Shown here one piece after another: positions 47,277 through 56,317 of a stretch of DNA of 64,000 bases. The notes under the pieces are model-generated. The model made no database searches and was not told the DNA's origin. It saw only the letters and a list, made by a program, of their open reading frames with translations. This DNA is from Anaerolineales bacterium. Lineage in GTDB: Bacteria > Chloroflexota > Anaerolineae > Anaerolineales > RBG-16-64-43. How positions within the stretch are numbered: position 1 is the first letter of the stretch; each line of letters begins with the position of its first letter. The DNA lies in assembly GCA_050010135.1 (NCBI GenBank), contig JBEKLP010000001.1, forward strand, positions 15,289 through 79,288, read 5' to 3'. A program made the position numbers and the translations under genes.

Positions 47277-48497
47277 ATGGATACCATTTCTTTTATCGTC
47301 ACATTGCTTATTGCGATTGTTGTATTTCTTATTGTGGGATTTATATTAGGGTATCTGATTGCGCGTCTCCGGGAAAGATCCTCCGGCGAGCAATCGCGCA
47401 TTCAGGTGGCGCAATTGGAGGCCGAAGCGCGTGCCGCTAATGAGAAAGTAGCATATCTTCAGAATAGTAAACAGGAAATGGAGAATTCCTTTACCGCCCT
47501 AGCGAATGGTGTTTTGTCAAAAGCAACCGACGATTTGTTGAAGAATAATTCGACACAGTTGGAACTTGGCAAGAACGCCATCACCGCAATTGTCGATCCA
47601 TTAAAGGCTAATTTAACTGATCTCGACAAAAATATTCGTGATTTGGAAGGGAAGCGTGAAAGCGCCTATGGTTCGCTTACTACTCAAGTAACGGCATTAA
47701 CCAAAACGAACGATTCCCTCCAATTATCAACGCAAGCGCTCGCCAATGCCATGCGGTCCCCCACCATACGCGGCCGTTGGGGTGAGATTCAGTTGCGCCG
47801 GATCGTGGAGCTCGCCTCGATGAACCGAAACGTGGACTTCGAGGAACAAGTTACCGGGGATGAAGGGCGAGCGGATATGATCATTCATTTACCAAACGAA
47901 GGCATTCTTCCACTCGATTCGAAGGCCCCGCTGAATGCCTATCTGGAAGCTATGGAATGCCAGAGCCAGGATGATAGGGATGCGAAAATGGATTTGCATG
48001 CAAAGGCAATGAAGGCGCGCATCTCCGAACTTGGGCAAAAGAAATATTGGGAACAATTCAAGGAATCAAAAGCTCCTGATTTTGTTATTATGTTCGTGCC
48101 GAATGAAAGCTGTCTAGGAGAGGCGCTGGAAGCGGATGCCGGCTTGATGGAATACGCCATTTCCCAAAAAGTTATCATCGCGTCGCCTTTTACGCTTTTA
48201 GCCCTCTTGCGCACCGTTGCTTATGGATGGTCACAGACCCAAGTTGCGGAAAACGCACAAGAAATCGCAGAGCTTGGAAAAGAGCTGTACAAGCGTCTCG
48301 ATAAATTTGTGTCCCTTCTGGATGGGGTCGGTACCGGCCTTAATAGCGTAGTCAAACAATATAACGAGGTTATCGGATCCCTTGACCATCGTTCGATGCC
48401 TGCGTCGAGGAAAATGGAACAAGCGGGGCTATCGGAAAGTGAATTGGCGCTGCCCGAAGCCATTGACTTGAAGGCGAAAAGCGGACACGATTCATAA
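47277..48497 (+). CDS. rmuC: DNA recombination protein RmuC (N-terminal TM + coiled coil + RmuC nuclease-like domain)
   Basis: N-terminal hydrophobic helix and a long coiled coil. RGRWGEIQLRRIVE, DMIIHLPNEGILPLDSKAP and DFVIMFVPNES are collinear with the RmuC family. Confidence 0.85.
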   Translation: MDTISFIVTLLIAIVVFLIVGFILGYLIARLRERSSGEQSRIQVAQLEAEARAANEKVAYLQNSKQEMENSFTALANGVLSKATDDLLKNNSTQLELGKNAITAIVDPLKANLTDLDKNIRDLEGKRESAYGSLTTQVTALTKTNDSLQLSTQALANAMRSPTIRGRWGEIQLRRIVELASMNRNVDFEEQVTGDEGRADMIIHLPNEGILPLDSKAPLNAYLEAMECQSQDDRDAKMDLHAKAMKARISELGQKKYWEQFKESKAPDFVIMFVPNESCLGEALEADAGLMEYAISQKVIIASPFTLLALLRTVAYGWSQTQVAENAQEIAELGKELYKRLDKFVSLLDGVGTGLNSVVKQYNEVIGSLDHRSMPASRKMEQAGLSESELALPEAIDLKAKSGHDS

Positions 48498-48503
48498 TTA
48501 TTG

Positions 48504-48643
48504 ACCCAACTTACTAGCGTCTTGCGGTTCTGGCGCTTTACCGGCTGCGCAGGATTAGGTTAATTCTATATTATCCACCGCTGAAGAGCATACTAACGAA
48601 GAGTCTAGTCGAAGACCAAGTTAGCTACAAGCGCGGGTAGGGT
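48504..48643 (-). repeat. attC-like recombination site
   Basis: ACCCAAC...GGCGCTTTACCGGCTGCGCA......GACCAAG..GCGCGGGTAGGGT, the same family as the sites below. It lies 21 nt after the stop of the 48665 gene on the minus strand. Confidence 0.6.
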
Positions 48644-48664
48644 GTAGTAAAAGTCCATCCAATA

Positions 48665-49237
48665 TTATTTATATATATCCCCTGTAAACATAAAAATAAC
48701 CCTTTTCGTTTTCCGCGGAAATACATCGATTTCTTGATTCGAATCTTCTTTTCTTAACTTCACTTTTTCAATTATTCTTTCTTCGATATACCAATGAATA
48801 TCATTATTTTTTAGGCTGTCAATTATCGTAAAGCAATTTGCAAATGCCAAACTTGATGCCTGTAAGTAATTCATCCTTGGTATTTCTTCATTTACTTTCC
48901 AATCTACGGGAGGAGGAAACGCCTGACCTTTTACACAAACCACAAAACTACCTTTCGGCGAGTTAATTCTGTCAATAATCTTTTTAATCTTTCTCACTTC
49001 ATCTATTGCATGTTTATAAGTGTCTCTTTGTGAAACATCCACTTTTGCCAGTAATAATACTGAATCATTCCAAAAGCAAATTTCTTCGTGATATCTAATC
49101 CAGGTTTTACTTTTCATGATAGCGTCATGCATATTTCGAATAATTGTTACTCCAACACCTTTACTATTATTAAGTAATTCTCCTGTATCAATCATATCAA
49201 TGTATGAGATTATACAATCTGGTCCGATATTAGTCAT
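48665..49237 (-). CDS. Hypothetical protein with weak class III nucleotidyl-cyclase/GGDEF-fold-like motif order
   Basis: IISYIDMIDTGELL, CFWNDSVLLLA, a helix AIDEVRKIKKIIDRI, then GSFVVCVKGQAF follow the order of cyclase palm-domain elements. Similarity is judged by eye only. Start at the ATG (MTNIGPD). Confidence 0.35.
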   Translation of the reverse strand: MTNIGPDCIISYIDMIDTGELLNNSKGVGVTIIRNMHDAIMKSKTWIRYHEEICFWNDSVLLLAKVDVSQRDTYKHAIDEVRKIKKIIDRINSPKGSFVVCVKGQAFPPPVDWKVNEEIPRMNYLQASSLAFANCFTIIDSLKNNDIHWYIEERIIEKVKLRKEDSNQEIDVFPRKTKRVIFMFTGDIYK

Positions 49238-49267
49238 ATGATTTCCTGCTCTCAACAACTTCGAGAT

Positions 49268-49350
49268 GAGCCTCCTGGCCAGCCTAAGGCTAGCATCGCA
49301 CGAATGCCAAACACTCAGCTAGCCGGGTCAACTCCATCTAGTGATTTGGC
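49268..49350 (-). repeat. Decayed attC-like site (one end retained, the other lost)
   Basis: CCTGGCCAGCC...GTGATTTGGCGG aligns with the CTTGGCCGGCT...GCGTGTTGGGCGG parts of the family. The GCCCAAC end is absent. Confidence 0.4.
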
Positions 49351-49361
49351 GGAATTGCTGA

Positions 49362-52052
49362 TTATGAGCTGGCCAGTTGGTACTTAGTACTTCGCTTACG
49401 GAGGGCGGCTTCGCCCCCTTCGAGTTGCTTGAGGAAATATATCGACTGCTCGTCCTCGAAGCCGGCAGCATGCTCCACACGGCAGCGTGGTTCGCCAGGT
49501 ACTTTTGTAACCTTGATTATGAGCTCGGCGTCTCCAAGGACCGGAATGTTAGGGTTATGGGTGCAGACCAGGATTTGGCGCTTCCCCTTTGCTGACCGAA
49601 TACTTTCGACCACGCTGCTGCATATAAATTCGTGGTCGAGCTCGGCCTCGGGCTCGTCGATTATCAAAGGGTGATCGCCAGAGGAGAGCATTAAGGATAG
49701 GATGACACTGCACTTCTCACCTATGCTGAGTTGATCCAGGGAGGAGAAGTCCGCGTGTCCCTCGCGCTTAAGGGAAATAACGGGCTTGTCTTCGAGCAGA
49801 CTCTCCTCGATACGCTCAACTTCTTCTTCTGGGAGAGCGAGAAGTTTGGATGTGGCGTCGGGTGAGATGCCTGCGGCCGTGATCGCGTCTTCATTCTTAG
49901 AACGGATCAAGTTGGCAAGGGTCCGTGGAGGGAAGGAGGACACTAGAGTCTGGATGTGTCGCTCGCGGTTCCGGATGCCCAGCCCAGCCAAGACTACGGA
50001 GCTGAGAAATGTGAAGTACGCCGTGTCGTCGGCGAGGGGCATGATTCGAACATTGACGTTTTCTGGAAGCCTAGAATTAAGTAGATCGGCAGTGGTTTGA
50101 CGGACCTGGGTACGTTTGCCAAGGATTGTGCCAATTCTGTCGAGGGCGGAAGTTCTCTCTTGCGAGAGGGATAAGAGCTTCTCGTCAATACGCTTGAGTG
50201 CGGGTTCGTGTTGCCTTTGGATCTTGTTTAGCTGACCTTGGAGCTCGTTGCGTTCGGAGTGCACGTGTTCAATGTCGGAGAGCTTTAGCTTCCTTAGGTT
50301 GGCTTGGAGGCTGGCTTTTGCAGCGTCGTAGTCCTTCCTCCATTTATCGCGCGCTTGTCTGACAGCGCGCAACGCGACTTGGAGGGACGCTTGGTCCTTG
50401 TCCGTGGAGGCTCTAAGTTCGCGGAGAAGGAGCTTAAGGGCGGAGTGGGCGTCTTTGAGGGGAGAGGCTGCGGGGGTCTTGTCTGGCAGCTCAGGTAACT
50501 CGAGGTCTGCATACGGATCGCCCTCAGGGATAATCTCAGAAATTTCCTGAATCAATCTATCAGACTCATCAAGGTAGATCTTCTGGTCCTCCCAACGTTG
50601 ATGGTGTGCAAAGACAGGGTTCTGGAGGTGGGCGTCAATCTCCGAAATTCTCTGAGTAATGCTTGGTTTGGAGGCGAGCTCCTCGAGGACCGCACCCCTT
50701 TTTTCGGCCTGCTCGAGGCGAGCCTTGTTTGCGGCGTCAAGCCGTTCTCTCTGGATCTTGAGTTCTTTATGGATCTCGGTCAGGTCTGTAAATGAGTCGA
50801 TGAGCGTTAGCTGGTCGTCTCCCTTCTTGGAGATCTCCATCACTTCGCCCTGGCCGTAGATACCGACGGGGAGAAGGTCCCCGATTGTTTGGCTTTCTTT
50901 CATAGGGCCAGTGTCTCTCAGACGGAACAGATCGGGTGGCGAGGAAATCCTAATCTCATCCCGAACGCGCGTCGATGACATTACTCTTCGAACGCAGTAT
51001 TGAGCTCCTTGGAGGGATATATAAAGACGGACTTCGTCTCCGTCGGAGAGGAAACCCACTAACCGATGGTTCACGGCCTGCTGGTACGTAGCGGCAATTG
51101 CATCGTGACCAATGCAGAAGGAAAGGATGTCAATTAGCGCAGATTTACCGGCGCCTCGGCCACCAATAATGGCGTTGAGATCGGAGTTGAACGGGATGGC
51201 AGTGTCTTGGTATAGGCCGTGATCGATGACGATGCCAGTAAGTGTAGCGGAGGCGGAAGCGGCGAGGGAAGTGCCACTTGTTCGGAGGTGAGGCTCAAAG
51301 GAGAGTTGGCGAAGACCGGAAAAGGATGGGCGATGCATCTTGACAAGAGATACATCGGGAATAATCTCAGACTCTGAATGTGAGTCGGAGGAGTATACGA
51401 ATGGGAGTGCTGGATATCGGAGATCATTGATGACGTAACTGCAAGTCTTAATTGACTTGGCGCGGGATTGGTCGGCGCGGAGCTCTAATAACGACATCGC
51501 GTTAAGGGCGTTCTGCCTGGGGACACCGTCTAGGCCGTCAACGACCCCATTCTTCGAATTGCAGTGGGCCCCTACTAGAAGACCGCCTTCCTTATTAACT
51601 TCTGATGCTATATCTGCAATGGACTTGAAGACGCACGTCTTCTCCTTGCCGAAATCGTCTTGGTGGAGGCCAAGTCTTCCGAGAAGGAGCGATATGGACG
51701 CAGACGTGGAGTTCTCGGGGAGGATCGCAGAGATATGGATACCATTTGCGTTGAGTTCCACTCCCGGAAGGATGGTAAAAGGCGTCTGACTTCTTGCAGA
51801 ATATTTTTTTGCAGCTTCCTTCAGCTGGTCTACCCAGACTCCGGTACTATGGTCAGTGATGGCGACTAATGAGATGCCTTTTTTTGCATAGGCTGCAACG
51901 AAGTCATGCGGGGTAGTAGAGGTCAACCAACGCGAGTCCTCGGAGGCTGGTGAGTGAGTGTGGAGGTCCACTCTCCAGAAGGACGAGCCAGAGGACTCTT
52001 TACTTAGCTTTTGTATGTCTCTTTCGACGGTTTCTCTTGAGAGGTTCGACAT
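49362..52052 (-). CDS. PHP-domain phosphoesterase fused to an SMC/ABC-type ATPase with coiled-coil insert
   Basis: N-terminal WRVDLHTHSPASED...AITDHST (PHP). Walker A IIGGRGAGKSALI, a long coiled coil, signature-like LSIGEKCS and Walker B LIIDEPEAELD. Confidence 0.75.
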   Translation of the reverse strand: MSNLSRETVERDIQKLSKESSGSSFWRVDLHTHSPASEDSRWLTSTTPHDFVAAYAKKGISLVAITDHSTGVWVDQLKEAAKKYSARSQTPFTILPGVELNANGIHISAILPENSTSASISLLLGRLGLHQDDFGKEKTCVFKSIADIASEVNKEGGLLVGAHCNSKNGVVDGLDGVPRQNALNAMSLLELRADQSRAKSIKTCSYVINDLRYPALPFVYSSDSHSESEIIPDVSLVKMHRPSFSGLRQLSFEPHLRTSGTSLAASASATLTGIVIDHGLYQDTAIPFNSDLNAIIGGRGAGKSALIDILSFCIGHDAIAATYQQAVNHRLVGFLSDGDEVRLYISLQGAQYCVRRVMSSTRVRDEIRISSPPDLFRLRDTGPMKESQTIGDLLPVGIYGQGEVMEISKKGDDQLTLIDSFTDLTEIHKELKIQRERLDAANKARLEQAEKRGAVLEELASKPSITQRISEIDAHLQNPVFAHHQRWEDQKIYLDESDRLIQEISEIIPEGDPYADLELPELPDKTPAASPLKDAHSALKLLLRELRASTDKDQASLQVALRAVRQARDKWRKDYDAAKASLQANLRKLKLSDIEHVHSERNELQGQLNKIQRQHEPALKRIDEKLLSLSQERTSALDRIGTILGKRTQVRQTTADLLNSRLPENVNVRIMPLADDTAYFTFLSSVVLAGLGIRNRERHIQTLVSSFPPRTLANLIRSKNEDAITAAGISPDATSKLLALPEEEVERIEESLLEDKPVISLKREGHADFSSLDQLSIGEKCSVILSLMLSSGDHPLIIDEPEAELDHEFICSSVVESIRSAKGKRQILVCTHNPNIPVLGDAELIIKVTKVPGEPRCRVEHAAGFEDEQSIYFLKQLEGGEAALRKRSTKYQLASS

Positions 52053-52181
52053 AGTTCCACCTGAGACGATGAGCCGTGCTTGATCTCACTCCATAGTTTG
52101 GCGCATGACAGTACGGGAGTCAAGGAGCACGTCAGTTTGAGTGGTGGGGAGAAGTGAATGTAGCTCCTTTTGGCGCAATTC

Positions 52182-52310
52182 CGCTTATCGGAGGCGACTC
52201 AGATGCTTGGCTTGTTGTTTAACACTTTCATCATTTTACATGAAAGCTCATCACCTCAAATTTCGACTTTTTACGGCCGTAAACGAGGGCGTTTTCAGCC
52301 GCGTGTTGGA
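52182..52310 (-). repeat. attC-like recombination site (one end degenerate)
   Basis: Plus-strand right end is CAGCCGCGTGTTGGAC. The left part GGAGGCGACTCAGATGCTTGGC aligns with GGCTGGCGGCTCAAGCGCTTGGC, and the GCCCAAC position reads GCTTATC. Confidence 0.55.
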
Positions 52311-52332
52311 CGGAATAAATGGCTAATGGTAA

Positions 52333-53661
52333 TCAGTAGAATGGTACAGAAATTACTTGGTCGATTGTTTGACGCAATTTTGTGATTGAATAAAGAAGAT
52401 TCCTTGCATCGAGGGAAGAAGCGAGTTGTTGAAGTCCAGTCCGAATTATATTGTCTCCTCTATGTAAATCATCGCCGAATGATATAGCTTCATCAAAAGC
52501 CAACTGGACATTGTTATTAACTCGAGTTAATAGGTCGAGGTACTGAGGTAATTCTTCTAAAATAAATGGGCGATAACGATTGGATGGGTCGGAAAGGGCC
52601 AACATTTGATTCGCAAATGTTGTTGTAAGTCGAAAGTTATTTAGATCGGATCGGCTCAATAGTATTACTTGTGATTCTATCGTTGCCCATTTGCCAATCA
52701 CATGTGAGTTATAAATAAGTTCATTATCTAGAGAGTATGTATTGTAACGGAAAGTTAAGCGGCGTAAATAGGTTTCTATATAGCCAAGATTGTCATGATA
52801 TCCAAGCCATTTTCTTAATATATGAACGGAAATCATTCGAATGACCTCACTCTCGGCAAGGTCCGATCTTAGGGCGACAAACCACTTGACTCTTTGCGTA
52901 ATGGCATCGGGGACATCGGAATAACGAATGGCAAAAGAAGGGGCATCACGTTCGGTACTTCTGAACCGGTTTAATTCCTGAGTATTTATGTATGAACTAG
53001 TATGAGTGTATAGATTTCTGAGTGAGAATAAGTAGTCAGCAAGTAGAACATATCGATCTTCCACTCCAAGTTGATTCCACGGGAGCGTTTGAGGTGATAT
53101 CGTATCTCTGAAAGGCGCGTTTTTAGCTATAAAGTAAATTGAGCATAGCCATTCTCGCATCCAATGGTCAACACCTTCGCGAAGAATTCGCTTGAAGAGG
53201 CGAGAGACACCCTCTTCGTAATAATATGCAGTTTTTAGATTTGGTATTGTCGTGCGGAGGATATCAATAATGGAGACAGCATTTTTATTTTCTAGTGCAT
53301 CAATCATCGAGACAATGGATGGCTTAGTAATGGGGTCCTCAAGCGATGCAAACAACCAATCTGGGAAATCGCGGAACTCACGACATTGATATTCCTCCCT
53401 TGAAATAATATCCAACGAAGTAAGGGCTAGATATGTTATAAGACGATCAACTTGATATTCGCGGTTTAATTGTCCTCCGACAGCAGTGAAATGGGTAAAG
53501 CGGGAATTGTACTTTAGGAGTTCACCGAATTCTAATCTTTCGCATATTTCAATAGTAATTTCTAGGCGGCGCGGATTGAGGTCCTGAAGCCTTTCTAGGT
53601 TTCGGTTGAATTCAACTTCATCGCCCCCTTCTCGTAATACGCGGTGAATAGGGTCTGTCAA
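52333..53661 (-). CDS. Hypothetical alpha-helical protein with an RNxxxH (HEPN-type Rx4H) motif
   Basis: 442 aa. LFSLRNLYTHTSSY contains R-N-x-x-x-H, the canonical HEPN catalytic motif. No other recognisable domain. Confidence 0.4.
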   Translation of the reverse strand: MTDPIHRVLREGGDEVEFNRNLERLQDLNPRRLEITIEICERLEFGELLKYNSRFTHFTAVGGQLNREYQVDRLITYLALTSLDIISREEYQCREFRDFPDWLFASLEDPITKPSIVSMIDALENKNAVSIIDILRTTIPNLKTAYYYEEGVSRLFKRILREGVDHWMREWLCSIYFIAKNAPFRDTISPQTLPWNQLGVEDRYVLLADYLFSLRNLYTHTSSYINTQELNRFRSTERDAPSFAIRYSDVPDAITQRVKWFVALRSDLAESEVIRMISVHILRKWLGYHDNLGYIETYLRRLTFRYNTYSLDNELIYNSHVIGKWATIESQVILLSRSDLNNFRLTTTFANQMLALSDPSNRYRPFILEELPQYLDLLTRVNNNVQLAFDEAISFGDDLHRGDNIIRTGLQQLASSLDARNLLYSITKLRQTIDQVISVPFY

Positions 53662-53724
53662 TTCACAAATCTCCGGTAAATGGGATCTAGGTGGGGATGC
53701 AAAGATACTAGAATAATATTGTAT

Positions 53725-53914
53725 CCCCCGCCGGCTGGTGGCTCAACGTACCCCCGGTTCTACCGTGAGGGCCGGGGAGCTTGGCCGCACCCGCATTTCA
53801 ATCACCATTTTAACAGGAAATCGAAACCCAAATCAAACGTGTTCTCTCTGAACATTGGTCAAAGCCTGTCCTCGCGTGTTCTTAGCAAGTGTCGCCCGCA
53901 ATCGCGTGCTTGGC
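53725..53914 (-). repeat. Decayed attC-like site
   Basis: CCCCGCCGGCTGGTGGCTCAACG aligns with GCCCAACGGCTGGCGGCTCAAGCG. GTCGCCCGCAATCGCGTGCTTGGCC aligns with GTCGTCTGCAGCCGCGTGTTGGGC. Confidence 0.4.
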
Positions 53915-53920
53915 CATGGA

Positions 53921-54553
53921 TCATTTACGACGTCGTGTAGATCGGGAACCCTTCTTTACATCGAGATCTCGCAGGTCCTTTCGAATCGAGTATCTGTTAT
54001 TAACCGAAACCCAATGATCAAGCGAGTCTAAATCATATATATAGGAATGCTTGAGACTAAGGGAATCACGACAAGTTAAAGTGAGCCGTGCGATGACACG
54101 TTCATATCGGTCGTTAAGATTCGGTACTCCGCTTTCGGTGGCTAATTTAGAAGGGACGGTAATTGATTCTCTACCGATTCGGTCCCTAACCGTGAACATT
54201 GTTCCACCAGTTTTAAATATCATGGCGACTGTTTCCCCTGATTGAAGAGGAAGATTATATCGGAGAGATAACTGAGGAGGAACCCATGGTAAAGAATCAG
54301 AATAAGGAAAAAGTACTCCCCATATATCAGTAGCAACGCCACTACCAACATTTTTAATATCGAATTGCCTTTGTTGAGCATTTATAAGATCCTCTGTGTT
54401 GGGGATATTTGTTGGGATCAATATGGGGCGAACTAGAGCGCGTTGGGCATCTCGCGCTTGTCTTACGCTTAAATATGTAAAGAATGCGAGTACAAGTGTG
54501 GCAACTACTACACCAATCGCTGCAAGGTTAGCAATTCCTATTTCAGCAAACAT
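53921..54553 (-). CDS. Hypothetical protein with a single N-terminal TM anchor
   Basis: Start at MFAEIGIANLAAIGVVVATLVLAFF, preceded by GGAAGGGAAGGAG. The upstream part of the ORF-track ORF lies inside an attC-like repeat. Confidence 0.45.
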   Translation of the reverse strand: MFAEIGIANLAAIGVVVATLVLAFFTYLSVRQARDAQRALVRPILIPTNIPNTEDLINAQQRQFDIKNVGSGVATDIWGVLFPYSDSLPWVPPQLSLRYNLPLQSGETVAMIFKTGGTMFTVRDRIGRESITVPSKLATESGVPNLNDRYERVIARLTLTCRDSLSLKHSYIYDLDSLDHWVSVNNRYSIRKDLRDLDVKKGSRSTRRRK

Positions 54554-54574
54554 TGTCTCTCCTTCCCTTCCTAC

Positions 54575-54713
54575 CGCCAACGGCCTGCGGTTAAGCCGCC
54601 TGGCCGGTCGCGAGGAAAACACTGTGACTTAGAGGCATTTTACGCGATTCTTAAAAAGCCCGCAGCCTTGCCTCTTGGCCTTTGGCCATGTCGCCTGCAG
54701 CCGCGTGTTGGGC
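54575..54713 (-). repeat. attC-like recombination site
   Basis: CGCCAACGGCCTGCGG...CCTGGCCGG......GGCCATGTCGCCTGCAGCCGCGTGTTGGGC. Confidence 0.7.
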
Positions 54714-54787
54714 ACCCTGAAATATTATTAATTACGCCTAGCTCGAAAGCTTATTACTCTTCGGTGCGTTCACCGTGAGTAATTTTA

Positions 54788-55516
54788 CTACTCAACATTT
54801 TCTTTATGCGGTAAAAAAAGGGTGATGGCGACAACGAAACAAAGGACTTTGGATATTGCATTTAATGCAATCGGGATTGGGGCGGAGGGAAAAGTAAAAC
54901 CAAATGCGGCCCAGATAGCAAAAACCAGGAACATGGCAGACAGAGAGTAAAGAGTTGCTCTCGACAATTTCACCAACGGCGAGAAAGTCAGCAAAGAATA
55001 GGTCGAAATCTCTATCAGGAATAACGGCAGGAAATACAACCCCCTGAACGAGAGTGCGGGCAAAGGCGTATATACTTTCCCCACGATAATAAGATCAAAG
55101 GGAAGCTCGAATATCCATGGCGCGACCAGTGCACCGAGGACGGCGCTGCCCAGCGCTATTTTCCAGCCATGATGTCTACTTATAACCAGGATGACGATAA
55201 AGGTAACAAGAACGCCTATATACGTAATTGGCGTGATCGGGTTGGCTGCCCCTGTGATCTTCGGAACCTGCCCACTCGCAATCTGCTGGGCAAACGCGCG
55301 AATATAAACGCCAACCGCATTGAGGTACATCACCAGCGATAAGAACCATAAAACACACAGGAAAAAAGTGACCGCTTTTCCAGGCCTGGCAGCTCCGATC
55401 GCCCGATGCATCCTGGTTCCAACAATTGCGAGAGTAAATGCGATGATCCCCAGCACGATGGTCAGGATTACAGCGCCGCTTCCAGTATAAGCAGCCCAAC
55501 TACCACTTACGGTCAT
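54788..55516 (-). CDS. Polytopic integral membrane protein, unknown family
   Basis: 242 aa, hydrophobic almost throughout, with about seven predicted helices by eye. Confidence 0.55.
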   Translation of the reverse strand: MTVSGSWAAYTGSGAVILTIVLGIIAFTLAIVGTRMHRAIGAARPGKAVTFFLCVLWFLSLVMYLNAVGVYIRAFAQQIASGQVPKITGAANPITPITYIGVLVTFIVILVISRHHGWKIALGSAVLGALVAPWIFELPFDLIIVGKVYTPLPALSFRGLYFLPLFLIEISTYSLLTFSPLVKLSRATLYSLSAMFLVFAIWAAFGFTFPSAPIPIALNAISKVLCFVVAITLFLPHKENVE

Positions 55517-55579
55517 GATTGAGCTCCTTTCAGTGTTTATAAAATCATCGGTGGATCGAATATGTATTCATTTACTACC

Positions 55580-55711
55580 GCCCAACGGTAGCGCTCAGGT
55601 GCATGGCGATATTTTTTATTTGCTCGACATTTTATCCAAAACCGCGAAAAGCTGGGATTTGCCGGTTTTTTCGCCGCCCGTGGCCGCGTCAGCCGCAGCG
55701 CAGGGTTGGGC
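55580..55711 (-). repeat. attC-like recombination site
   Basis: GCCCAACGGTAGCGCTCAGG......CGTCAGCCGCAGCGCAGGGTTGGGC. Lies 13 nt after the stop of the DUF1254 gene. Confidence 0.7.
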
Positions 55712-55724
55712 CGTTTTTCAACTG

Positions 55725-56312
55725 CTATTGTCCGGGTGGCCCACCCCTTAGCGGTTTTAGTTGTATCTGCGATGTAAGAGCATGGGCAGTTGCCAGGTCG
55801 CTGTCGCTTTTCACAAGCACGCGCCCGGCCACGAACACCGAGTTGTTCGGCGAGGATATCTGCTTCATGCCGCCCGGTACCTGGCCTTTCCAATTCCGCC
55901 CCGTAATAAGATAGTCTCCCGCCTGCGGACCCGTGGTGCGCGTGCCGACGTATGCGAAATTGGTGTTTTTCGACGGATCTGTGAATTGCACGCTGTAGTA
56001 ACGATCGGTCATGTCGGGTACGTGCAAGACGAGCGGCCCTTTCCGGAGGTCCAACCAGCCGAGCGTAAGGAGCGTGTCGTGGTTCACGCCGGAAGTCGCC
56101 ACTTTTGGGGCCGAGGCGGGCAGGCTGAACGGGTCTGCAAAAAACGCCTGGGGTTCAGTGTATAGCGTATTGATCGGGACTGGGCCTTCGCCGAAGCCTT
56201 TCACGAGGATCGCTCTCTTGAAGACTGACAGCAGCAAGCTCGGCCAAAAGTAGATCACCACGCACCACACCACGATCACCACCACACCGAAGATCAGTAA
56301 ATTCTGGGTCAT
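55725..56312 (-). CDS. DUF1254 domain protein with N-terminal TM helix
   Basis: HDTLLTLGWLDLRKGPLVLHVPDMTDRYYSVQFTD...GTRTTGPQAGDYLITG matches the DUF1254 consensus. Start at MTQNLL, 5 nt after the upstream stop. Confidence 0.75.
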   Translation of the reverse strand: MTQNLLIFGVVVIVVWCVVIYFWPSLLLSVFKRAILVKGFGEGPVPINTLYTEPQAFFADPFSLPASAPKVATSGVNHDTLLTLGWLDLRKGPLVLHVPDMTDRYYSVQFTDPSKNTNFAYVGTRTTGPQAGDYLITGRNWKGQVPGGMKQISSPNNSVFVAGRVLVKSDSDLATAHALTSQIQLKPLRGGPPGQ

Positions 56313-56317
56313 AGCCG

